Shown here in pieces: positions 40,386 through 51,331 of a DNA stretch of 64,000 nucleotides. The notes under the pieces are model-generated. The model made no database searches. It saw nothing but the letters and a program-made list of their open reading frames with translations, and was not told where the DNA came from. The position numbers and the translations under genes were made by a program. Every line of letters begins with the position of its first letter. The stretch's first letter is position 1. Origin of the DNA: Squalus acanthias (taxonomy: Eukaryota); assembly GCA_030390025.1 (NCBI GenBank), contig CM059432.1, forward strand, positions 48,548,001 to 48,612,000, read 5' to 3'.

Positions 40386-40942
40386 AATGTAACGATGTGT
40401 AGCACTTTGAAATTTTGTCAGAATAAATGTAACAAATTTTTAGTAGCCACAACACTCCTGATACTAAAGTACCTTTAAATGACTGAATTAAACTCTTGCA
40501 CAATCACAAACTGACAAGAAAGCAGTGAACCTGACAGCTGCAACTGATCCCTTTAAATATCACCCCTGGAGCCGCCTGCTTCACGCCTCCTCTTCCTGTC
40601 GCTGTCGGGGCGAGGCGCTAAGGCAGAGGGCGATAATCAATTTGACAGATCGGGCGCTGAGTGAACATTGCACGCTTACTGATGTCACAATCTGCCTGGC
40701 GCTAAAGCCCCAGGCGCTAACTGTTAGCGGCGGCGCTAAGGGGCAACTGGATTTGACGTGCGGCACTGGATTCACCTCACCCCAGCGCTACTTCATTAGC
40801 GCCCCCGCCAGGCCTTTACGGTTACGAAAGATCTCAGGATGGTATTGCGGTGCCTGCAAAGCCACGTGGGTGCAGTCAATGGCGCCCTGCACCAGGCCAG
40901 GCGCTAACGGGAGGCACTAATCAACCGAATTTCTCCCCCTTT

Positions 40943-41460
40943 GGGCTAAAAATTGGATATAGCCACGAAATGGGCAATGTTAAGGCCAAACAAGTTTAAA
41001 CTGCGCCACCTGAAAATGATCTAGGTTGCACGCAAAATTCGTGCTCACTCTTCATTAACATGATTATACTCATGTATTCAGCGCTAAAAACTGATGCTCA
41101 TTGGCTTAACGCTGAACAGGTTGACCAATATCGGGGCTAGTCTAATTCACTGTCATGTTTGCCACAGGCTTTTTCCACTACTTAAAGGGGAGGTGCATTA
41201 ATGCTGCAGCACCTCATTGTCAGGGTAGTTGGATTTGCAGCTGCCCCAACAACCATAAGAAGAAGGTGAAGGACAAGCAAGACTTCTGTACAAATGGTGA
41301 TGGCAGATCATCGCCCAAGGGAGAGAGCCCGGAGTTTCTCAGATGAAGCTCTAGAGGCACTGGTATTCATGGTGGAGAGGAGGTGGGTGGTCCTATACCC
41401 GCAAATTGGCAGGAAGCCCTTGCTCAATACATCCCAAACCATGTGGCAGGTGATTGCGGA
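40943..41460 (+). mobile_element. Duplicated left end of Harbinger 2
   Basis: Starts GGGCTAAAAATTGG; ends inside Myb exon 1 at the duplication breakpoint. Confidence 0.8.
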
Positions 41461-42327
41461 TTGAGTAAAAAAAAAAGCTGCAAACCTGGTGAGAGTAAAT
41501 GAAATGATTTGATCAAAGTGCTAGGATGATGTACCCATGTAATAAAGGGCAACGATATGTGTGTGCTATTAAACTTAGTAAAGATGTGGTATGGATTTGT
41601 CCAATACCGCATAATTGTGACTCACACTGCTGGTGATCAGAAATAGCTGCATTCCAGACAAACAAAATTGCATAAAAATAACAGTTGAAAAACCCATCAT
41701 TAATGCATTAATTTTTTGAAATTCTATGATGATAAGATGATTATGCTCTAACCCAGTATGGTAATAAGTGAATTTCACTGTAGCATACTTAAATATTTAC
41801 ACAGTAATGATTTTATTTTCTCTCTTGCATTATTAAACTCATATAAAATAAGTTCCATCGGCCACATGATAACGAGAAAACTACTGCGTGATTATTTGAA
41901 AATAATTGACTTTCAAGGAGTGTTAAAATTAAATTCTAAATTATCTTCCAGTATAAAATCATAATAAAAAAAATGTAATGTTTGGTGTGAGGCTGTTACC
42001 AAGTTTTTTCTTTACCGTTTTGGGAAGATTAATTTTCACAATATACACTTCTGCATCAGAAAAATTAAAGGGGCCGTTCCCTATAATTAAGTGTTCGCCA
42101 CATGTAAGCAGGAGCTAAAGAAGCCTATCTGTTAGAATTTGTGCTCTGCTCCATTTGTTACAACTGTGTCATAACTTCAAAAATATGAAACTTTTTCTGA
42201 TGAAGAATGATAATGTGTGACCTGTGTACTTTCTGGCTTAGTGAGTGGCAGAACAATGAGCAGAGGTATTGCTGTAATAAATACAAATCAAGTATTTATC
42301 CTCAGTGGAAAGAATTCAGTAGCTATG

Positions 42328-42808
42328 AAAGAAAGACTTGCATTTCATGACCTCAGGACATCTCAAAGTGCTTTACAGCCAATGAAGTAATTTTTGAAGT
42401 GTAGTCGCTGTTGTAATGTAGGAAGCACAGCAGCCAATTTGCACACAGCAAGATCCCATAGACAGCAATTTGATAATGACCAGATAATCTGTTTTTTAGT
42501 GGTGTTGATTGAGGGATAAATATTGACCAGGACACTGGAGATAACTCCCCTGCTCTTCTTTGAAATAATGTCATGGGATCTTTTACGTTCACCTGAGAAA
42601 GCAGACGGGGCCTCGGTTTAACGACTCATCCAAAAGACGACACCTCTGACAGTGCAGCAGACCCTTAGTACTGCACTGGAGTATTCACCTAGATTTCTGT
42701 GCTCAAGGGGTAGGGACTTGAACCCACAACCTTCTGACTCAGAGGTTTGAACCCACAACCTTCTGACTCAGAGGTGAGAGTGCTACCAACTGAGCCACAG
42801 CTGACACT
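42328..42808 (-). mobile_element. tRNA-derived SINE (duplicate of 36181-36622)
   Basis: Same head and tail; internal ~28-bp tandem repeat ttgaacccacaaccttctgactcagagg. Confidence 0.82.
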
Positions 42809-42841
42809 GTGGAAGTAAGTTGCTATTATGTTAAACACTTT

Positions 42842-43875
42842 GGGCTAAAAATTGGATATAGTCATGAAATGGGCAATGCGAAGGCCAAACGAGTTTAAAC
42901 TGCGCTACCTGAAAATGGTCAAGGTAGTATGCAAGAATTCGTGCTCACTCTTCATTAGCATGATTATAGTCATGATTTCAGCGCTAAAACTGATGCTCAT
43001 TGGCTTAATGCTCAACAGGTGGACCAATATCAGGGCCAGTCTAATTCACTGTCATGTTTGGCACTACTTAAAGGGGAGGAGCATCAATGCTGCAGCACCT
43101 CATTGTCAGGGTAGTTGGATTTGCAGCTGCCCCAACAACTATAAGAAGAAGGTGAAGGACAAGCAAGACTTCTGTACAAATGGTGATGGCAGATCATCGC
43201 CCAAGGGAGAGAGCCCGGAGTTTCTCAGATGAAGCTCTAGAAGCACTGGTATTCACGGTGGAGAGGAGGCGGGCGGTCCTTTATCCACAAACTGGCAGGA
43301 AGCCCTTGCTCAATACATCCCGAACCATGTGGCAGGTGATTGCGGACCATGTGACAGCCAGCACTGTGGTCCCCAGGACCCCCACCCAGTGCAGGAAGAA
43401 GTTCAATGACCTCACACGGGTGGTCAAGGTGAGTGAAGGGTTCAGCAAATGCCATATACCACCATCTGCAGCACTAGCCTCACATGCTCAATGCACCACA
43501 CCCCCATCACTCACCTACCAACAATCTCTATCTTTCACCACTCACACTTCACAATCAGAGCTTCACTTCACCCTCACAACCTTACCACTGCTACAACACT
43601 CACACCCACACCGCACGCCATGCACACACTGGCAGCTATTCAACTACAGCAGGCACATCACCCAAACACATTGCACTAAACTCACTCAACCTTCTCTTTC
43701 CCTTGCAGGCCAAGCTGGCACATAATCACTGGGAGCAGCAACAGACAGGCGGGGGCCAGGCTGACACGCAGGGCCTAAGCCAGCTGGAGGAGCGAGTACT
43801 CCAAATCATTGGGCGCCACGTTGTTGACACCGTGGCAACCGGCGAGGTTGGACCCCTTGGGGCAACAACGGTATG
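42842..43875 (+). mobile_element. Harbinger 2, Myb-side fragment (exons 43186-43428 and 43709-43870)
   Basis: MADHRPRERARSFSDEALEALV..QCRKKFNDLTRVVK|gtgagt; exon 2 AKLAHN..; truncated just after the exon 2 donor. Confidence 0.85.
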
Positions 43876-44223
43876 CGGTGGTGCTAAACACTACCACCAT
43901 GATCTCCTGCGCCCAGAGATCGTGAGGTCATCCAGCCATGTAGCGCCCCGGACCAGGAATTCATTTTCGCCCCCTGCCTCAGCGCCAACCGCTGGAAACG
44001 ACAGGTAGAGGAGGCGGTTTGCAGTCAGCTGGGACCTGCAGGAGCGCTACTTAAAGGCGTGCACTTCCGCGTTTTTTTTTGTCTTCAAACAGTGCTGCCT
44101 TGTCACTTTGACAGAAACAGACAGGTGTTTTGAGGTTTTCCTGCTTGAAGGAGTTTTGTTCCTGACAAAAATTTATCAGGTTCATTTGTCTTACTTTTGA
44201 TACTGCAACATTCCCAACACTTA

Positions 44224-45828
44224 ATGGGGGCTGTACTGGCACGAGACCTCGCCCTCCAGCTTCACCGTCGGAGGCAGCGTAGGGAGAAAGATTGGAAAAC
44301 GTGGCCAGAGGCAGGAGGGCCAACAGGGCTCTCAACAGGAGACATTACCCTCCCAGGGTATTCCGGGAGCAGTTCTCCTATATTCATCTGTCAGAGGAGC
44401 AGTGTTTCAGAAGGCTCCACTTCAGCAAGGAGGTGGTCACAAAGCTCTGCCACCTCCTGCAGCCAGAGCTCCAGCCTCAGCTCAGGACCAGGACGTCTCT
44501 CTCCGTGGCAGTGAAAAAAAGAAAGACTTGCATTTATATAGCGCCTTTCACGACCACCGGACGTCTCAAAGCGCTTTACAACCAATGAAGTACTTTTGAA
44601 GTGGAGTCACTGTTGTAATGTGGGAAACGCAGGCAGCCAATTTGCGCACAGCAAGGTCCCACAAACAGCAATGTGATAATGACCAGATAATCTGTTTTAG
44701 TTATGTTGGTTGAGGGATAAATATTGGCCAGGACACCAGGGATAACTCCCCTACTCTTCTTCGAAATAGTGCCATGGGATCTTTTACGCTCACCTGAGAG
44801 AGCAGACGGGGCCTCAGTTTAACCTCTCATCTGAAAGACGGCACCTTCGACAGTGCAGCACTCCCTCAGCACTGCACTGGAGTGTCAACCTAGCTTTTTT
44901 ATGTGCTCAAGTCCCTGGAGTGGGACTTGAACCCACAGCTACCAACTGAGCCACAGCTGACACTGTCACTCTCAATTTCTACACTAGCGGCTCCTTCCAA
45001 GCTTCAACAGGGGATATTGCAAACATTTCACAGTTTGCTGTCCATTGCTGCATCCAGGAGGTCACAGATGCTCTGTACAGAAGGAGAAGGAAGTACATCT
45101 CATTCCCCATGACCGGAGACAAACAGCATGAACGCTCATGTGGCTTTGCAAGGAGAGCGGGCTTCCCCATGGTTCAGGGTGCCATTGACTGCACCCACGT
45201 GGCATTGCGGGCACCTCATCACAATGCAGAGGTGTTCCGTAACCGCAAAGGCTACCACTCTCTGAACGTGCAGTTGGTGTGCGACCACAGACAGCTCATC
45301 CTCACCGTCAGTGCCCGCTATCCTGGCAGCAGCCACGATGCACTCATCCTGCGACAGACTGGTGTCCCAGCACCATTCCACCCACCACATGAAGCTCGCG
45401 GCTGGCTGCTCGGAGACAGGGGTTATCCACTCGCCACCTGGCTGATGACACCCCTCCGCAACCCCAACACTCCTGCTCAGCACGCATACGATGACAGCCA
45501 TAGCGCCACCAGGAACCTGATCGAACAGACTATCGGCGTGCTAAAGTAACGGTTCCGCTGCCTTGACCACTCTGGAGGAGCCCTGCAGTACTTCCCTGAT
45601 CGAGTATCCCTTTTCATTGTGTGCTGCATGCTTCACAACCTGGCCATTCTGAGGGCCCAGCCATTGCCACCAGGGATTGCAGGTCCACCTCAGGAGGAGG
45701 AAGAGGGACAGGAGGCGGAGGAGGAGGATGAAGAGGAGGAGGAGCAGCACCAATGTAGGAGGGAGCCACTCAATGTTGCTTCTGCAAGGGCCATTTGTGA
45801 ACGCCTCATTATACAGTGCTTCCAATAA
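44224..45828 (+). pseudogene. Harbinger DDE transposase (HARBI1-like), SINE-interrupted
   Basis: [47 protein letters not shown]; premature stop at 45547. Confidence 0.9.
44514..44964 (-). mobile_element. tRNA-derived SINE inside the transposase gene
   Basis: Same family as 36181-36622; head partly deleted. Confidence 0.82.
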
Positions 45829-47369
45829 ATGAGATAGCACATGGTCTTTGCGCAGAACAACCGCATCATTACAGCCAGCTCGCAGCCCCTATGACCGGGC
45901 AAAGCTCAAATGAGAAACATCACAAAATTTGTTACGTCGAAATAAACATTTATTATTCTGCACAATTCTCTCTTATCAAAGACAACCAATAATAAACAAA
46001 CGCAACAATTTATGAACAAACACAACTGGTTCTTAGCAAACAGAACTATTTCTTACCAAACTGAACAATATATTTACAAACACATCAACTTTTGTACACA
46101 CACGCCCCACATTTGCTATTAACATTTTATTTACTGGGTCTTCCTCAATGATTTCCCTCTCCTTTGCAATTCCCACCTCCCAACCCTACTTCTTCTCCGT
46201 AATGTGGTCCCAGTGACTGCAGCAAAGCTGGTGGAAGGCTGCTGAGTCTGGGAGCCAGAGACTTCAGATGGCCTTGCAGGACGCTCTCGACTAGCTCTGG
46301 GCCTCAGCATAGGTGGCAGGAGTCTGGGATGGCTGGGTTACAGGCTGCGGCAAGTCAATGGCGGAGTGCCAGTAGTGGGAGCAGGAATGTTGTCATCCTG
46401 AGAGAGGACAGCACCTTCCTGCTCGACCGACACACTGCCACTCCCCCAGGGCAGTACCTCAGCATCCGGAGCAATCTGCTCGAGCACAGATTGCTGGCCT
46501 GCTGCGGCACCGTGAGATCCCCGATGGACTGTGGGCGACCCAGCGACGATGGCAGCAGTCAGCGCTTGCGTGGCATCAATCTGAGACTGCATGAGAGCAG
46601 TCTGACATTGGATGGCACCAATCACTGACTCCATTACAGCACTAAGCCATTGCGTTGGCTCAGCCTGTGCTGCAATAGCTGCTGCCACCTCGCCCATGAC
46701 ACGCGGCATGAGGTCTGGGTCCCCACGGTCTCTCTGTGAGTCAACCATCCTCTGCAAAGTGCCAAGGATGGGCATGAAGGTTTGCGCAGCGATGAGAGCA
46801 ATGCTGGAGGCAGACTCCTCCTCCTAGGCAGTGCATCCATGCTCTCAGGCACCCTTGCCATTGCACCCATGAGCTCGGTGTGCATGCTCATCGCCTGTGT
46901 GTTCATCGTCTCGACTTCGAGGTCCTCATCTGAGCCCTGTGCAGCAGAACTTGTGCGCGCAATCACCCTCTGGGGAGATGGCCCCCGAGCTTCCCTTTAC
47001 CCATGGCGTTGCCGCAGCCCGCTGGGTCCCAGAGCTTCACCCACATCAGAGCCATTTCCTCTGCTCCCCTCCAGCGACCACGTGGCCCCATTATCGGATG
47101 TCGCGCCCTCGGGAGACACAGGCAGTGAGGCGCTGGCTTGGTGTTCCTCCTCCTCTCCCGCGTCGCTGCCACTGGGAGGCTGAGGGACAGGTTGTTCAGA
47201 TGGTTGGCTGATTATCTGAAAGCATTAAGGCACACGAGTGGGTTTAACCGTAGGGGAGGGGGCAGGAAGGGAGCAAGGACTGGAGACAGTATACTTAGAT
47301 GGAAAGTGGGAAGGGCTTGTGTTGTGAGGGGGAAGTGGTATCAGAGAAGAGGGCGAGGTGATAGTCATA

Positions 47370-48248
47370 GGGGGAAAAATTCAGTTGGCTGCGCCTCCCG
47401 TTAGCGCCTTAAGAGGGCGCTAATGGGGCGCAAAGCAACTAGCGCCCAGGCGCGGCGATGTTTGCACCGCTCGCGAAATTAACTAGACATTTTGCGGCGG
47501 CCGCTAAACACTACCGCCACGATCTCCAGCGCTGGCAGATCGTGACGTCAGTCGAGTGTGCAACGCCCCGGAGCGGATATTGAGTGGCGCCCCCTGCCTT
47601 ACCGCCTGCCGCTAGCAACGACAGGTTGAGGGGAGTGTTTTGCAGTCAGGAAGGGACTGGGGGAGCGCTATTTAAAGGCGACCGCTTCCTGCCTTTTATT
47701 GTTGGTGATATTTTTGAACCACGCATTCTGAGCGAGAGAGTGAGAGAGAGAGACTTCTGGAGAGATTCAACGCTGTGTGAAGGCGTTTTGGGCACTTTGC
47801 AGGTTCATTTTTATTTGCCCTTCCTTGTATCAATTTAGAAGAGACTGTGGGGACTGCACTCTGAGCTCTTTCCCTGGGCGTCTCCATTGTTCTTTCCAGC
47901 AAATTTGATGTACAGGTCTCTTCAGGCCGAGATTCAAGGCTGCAATGAGCAGAATGTGGATGGAAAGCAAGATCAACCCTCCCCTTTAAGAACTGGCCGG
48001 CGCCATTGTGTGTGTGTTCCATTGCTGACTGACATCACATGAGCTTCGCCAGCGCTCTGAGGTAGCGCCTCACTCCTAGGCCTTTGTGCCTTAAGACAGG
48101 TGTGAAGCGCCTGATTTAGCACTCCAATCACCTCCAGGGGCGATAAAAGTCAAGTTTGCAGTCGGAGGTGATAATTAGCGCCAGGCGCTAATCTTTGCGC
48201 CCGGCCGATAATTGCGCCCCAAATGGGGCGATACTGAATTTCTCCCCC
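47370..48248. mobile_element. MITE family A, copy 1
   Basis: TIR GGGGGAAAAATTCAGT / ACTGAATTTCTCCCCC; TSD ATA. Confidence 0.92.
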
Positions 48249-48259
48249 ATAGAGTCATA

Positions 48260-49152
48260 GGGGGAAAAATTCAGTCGCGCCCCGTTTGGGGCGCAAATAT
48301 CGTCCGGGCGCAAAAATTAGCGCCTGGCGCTAATTATTGCCACTGACTGGAAACTTCACTTTTATCGACCCCTGAGGTGATTGGAGCGCTAAATCAGGCG
48401 CTTCACACCTGTCTTAAGGCGCAAAGGCCGAGGAGGGAGGTGCTAACTCAGAGCGCTGGCGAAGCTCATGTGATGTTAGTCAGCAATGGAACACACACTC
48501 AATGGCACCGGCCAGTTCTTAAAGGGGATGGTTGATCTTGCTTTCCATCCACATCCTGCTCATTGCAGCCTTGAATCCCGGCCTGGAGAGACCTGCACAT
48601 CAAATCTGCTGGAAAGAACAATGGAGAGTACCAGGGAAAGAGCTTAGAGTGCAGCCCCAACAGTCTCTTCTAAATCGATACAAGGAATGGCAAATCAAAA
48701 TGAACCTGCAAAGTGCTGCTCAGTACCCAAAATTCCTTCACACAACGTTGAATCTCTCCAGATGTCTCTCTCTCTCTCTCTCAGAATGCGTAGTTCAAAA
48801 ATGGCACCAACAATAAAAGGCAGGAAGCGGTCACCTTTAAATAGCTCTCCCCCAGTCCCTTCATGACTGCAGAACGCTCCCCTCAACCTGTCGTTGCTAG
48901 CGTCAGGCGGTAAGGCAGGGGGCGCCACACAATATCCGCTCCGGGGCGATACCGGGGCGTTGCACACTCGACTGACGTCACGATCTGCCGGCGCAGGAGA
49001 TCGTGGCGGTAGTGTTTAGCGCCGCCGCAAAATGTCTAGTTAAGTTCGCGAGCGGCGCAAACATCGCTGCGCCCGGGCGCTAGCTGCTTTGCGCCCCATT
49101 AGCGCCCTCTTAAGGCGCTAACGGGAGGCGCAACCAACTGAATTTTTCCCCC
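48260..49152. mobile_element. MITE family A, copy 2 (opposite orientation)
   Basis: Perfect 16-bp TIR GGGGGAAAAATTCAGT; TSD ATA; 11 bp from copy 1. Confidence 0.92.
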
Positions 49153-49770
49153 ATAGAGTTATACAGCACAGAAAGAGGCCCTTCGGCCCATCGTGTCCAT
49201 GCCGGCCATCAAGCCCTGTCTATTCTAATCCCATTTTCCAGCACTTGGTCCATAGCCGTGTGTGCTATGGCGTTTCAAGTGCTCATCTAAATGCTTCTTG
49301 AATGTTGTGAGGGTTCCTGCCTCTACCATCCTTTCAGGCAGTGAGTTCCAGATTCCAACCACCCTCTGGGTGAAAAAGTTTTTCCTCAAATCCCCTCTAA
49401 ACCTCCTGCCCCTTACCTTGAATCTATGCCCCCTGGTTATTGACCCCTCCACCAAGGGGAAAAGTTCCCCTCTATCTACCCTATCTATGCCCCTCATAAT
49501 TTTGTACACCTCAATCAGGTCCCCCCTCAGCCTTCCCTGCTCTAAGGAAAACAACCCTAGCCTGTCCAGTCTCTCTTCATAGCTGAAGCGTTCCAGCCCA
49601 GGTAACATCCTGGTGAATCTCCTCTGCACCCTCTCCAATGCAATCACATCCTTCCTATAGTGTGGCGACCAGAACTGAACACAGTATTCCAGCTGTGGGC
49701 TAACTAGCGTTTCTACAGCTCCATCATAACCTCCCTGCTCTTGCCTTCATTAGCGGAGGCATAGAATATA

Positions 49771-50952
49771 TGCCAGGACGCTGGGACGACGGGCCGAGGT
49801 TGACAGAGGGATATGTCGCACTTGACCGTGACTGCGGTCGGGCCACAGGCGACGTCGGCCAGGCGTAGCCCTGGTAGGTTGGTGGGTGCGGAGAGCAGAT
49901 CAGGGTCGCTGATCTGGTCTGCAGCGAGTTGAATGCAGTCGACTGCCAGGTGTGCGGCGTGGATGGCGGGGCGGGAGAGGCAGTCGGCTACCACATTGTC
50001 TCGGTTGGAGACGTGTTGGATGTCCGTGGTGAACTCGGACACTGCCGCGAGCTGGCGCTGCTGCCTGGCGGACCAGGGGTCGGTTGTCTTTGCCATTGCA
50101 AATGTCAGGGGCTTGTGGTCGACAAACGCAGTGAAGGGGTGGCCCTCAAGCAAAAACCGGAAATGGCGGACCGCCAGGAACAGCGCGAGGAGCTCGCGGT
50201 CGAAGGTGCTGTACTTGACCTCCGGGGGGCGTAGTTGGCGGCTGAAGAAGGCAAGTGGTTGCCAGGCGCCGTCGACCCACTGCTCATACACGGCGCCGAC
50301 CGCGTGGTCGGAGGCGTCCGTGGTGAGCGCTACCCTGGCATTGGGCCGTGGGTGCGCGAGCAGGGTGGCGTTGGCGAGCGCGGTCTTGGTGGAGTCGAAG
50401 GCGGCGGACGCGTCTGCCGTCCATTCGACCGCCATCTTGCCGCTCCTGCCCCGGAGGGCTTCATACAGGGGCCTCATGAGGGACGCCGCTTTGGGGATGA
50501 AGCGGTTATAGAAATTCACCATCCCGAGGAACTCCTGGAGGCCTTTGATGGTGGTGGGGCGGGGAAATTGTTGGACGGCCTGCACCTTGGTGGGCAGGGG
50601 AATGGCCCCAGCATGGGTGATGTGGTGGCCGAGGAAGTCGATCTTGTCCAGGCCGAACTGGCATTTGGCTGGGCTGAGGATGAGTCCGTGGTCGCTGATA
50701 TGCCGAGGCCGTAAATTTTTTAAGGAGCGCTGTCTTGAGATGTGCGTACTTGCCTTCCTCTGGTGGGTTCTGCAGCGCTGTCCAAACCTTCGAAACTGTG
50801 GCGCTACCGAGTGATGTGACGAGGTAGTCGTACTGCGTCCTATCTGTGGTGATGTTTCGCAGCCGGAAGCGAGATTCAGCTTGGAGAAACCAGGCTTCGG
50901 GCTGGTTTTCCCAAAACTCCGGCAGTTTCACGGAAACTGCGTTCATGTCCGC
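49771..50952 (-). mobile_element. Ty3/Gypsy internal fragment (gag N-terminus fused to RT end and RNase H), no LTRs
   Basis: MNAVSVKLPEFWENQPEAWFLQAE (gag); KCQF..IDFLGH, FLGMVNFY, TDASDHAVGAV, LAFFSR, YSTFDRELLA, VDHKPL, NVVADCLSR. Confidence 0.9.
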
Positions 50953-51115
50953 CAAGTGGAGACTAATTCTGTCCCTCAGAATTTTTTCCAAGAATTTCCC
51001 TACCACTGATGTTAGGCTCACTGGCTTGTAATTCCCTGGTTTATCCCTACTACCCTTCTTGAATAATGGTACTACGTTAGCTGTTCTCCAGTCCTCTGGC
51101 ACCTCCCCTGTGGTC

Positions 51116-51331
51116 ATGATGCGGAGATGCCGGTGTTGGACTGGGGTGGACAAAATTGAGAGGTCGCACAACACCAGGTTATAGTCCAACAGTTTTATTT
51201 GAAATCACAAGCTTTCGGAGCTATCGATCGCCCCTTCACCTGAGGAAGGGGCGATCGATAGCTCCGAAAGCTTGTGATTTCAAATAAAACTGTTGGACTA
51301 TAACCTGGTGTTGTGCGACCTCTCAATTTTG
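51116..51331. mobile_element. Palindromic mini-PLE (pLTR tail only) containing a hammerhead motif
   Basis: 87-bp perfect inverted arms 51151-51237 and 51245-51331 around ACCTGAG; 15-bp TSD with 2 mismatches (51101-51115, 51332-51346). Confidence 0.88.
51236..51277 (+). ncRNA. Minimal hammerhead ribozyme motif
   Basis: tcac-CTGAGGA-a-GGGGC(gatcgata)GCTCC-GAAA-GC-TT-gtga. Confidence 0.72.

Larger units (their letters stand above)
36656..40939. mobile_element. PIF/Harbinger DNA transposon 1, complete boundaries (4284 bp), two convergent genes
   Basis: TIR GGGGATGAAATTC / GAATTTCTCCCCC; TSD TTT; empty site seen in the duplicate at 42833-42850. Confidence 0.92.
35320..43346 (+). repeat. Tandem duplication of a ~1.87-kb unit (copy 1: 35320-36655 plus 40943-41460; copy 2: ~41466-43346)
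   Basis: Near-identical text and translated ORFs (35426/41575, 35609/41758, 41155/42852); only copy 1 carries Harbinger 1. Confidence 0.9.

Noticed and set aside
39206..45828. Domesticated HARBI1 or NAIF1/MSANTD host genes
   Set aside because: TIRs and TSD are present, there are multiple copies, and they carry stops, frameshifts and a SINE insertion, so they are decaying transposons.
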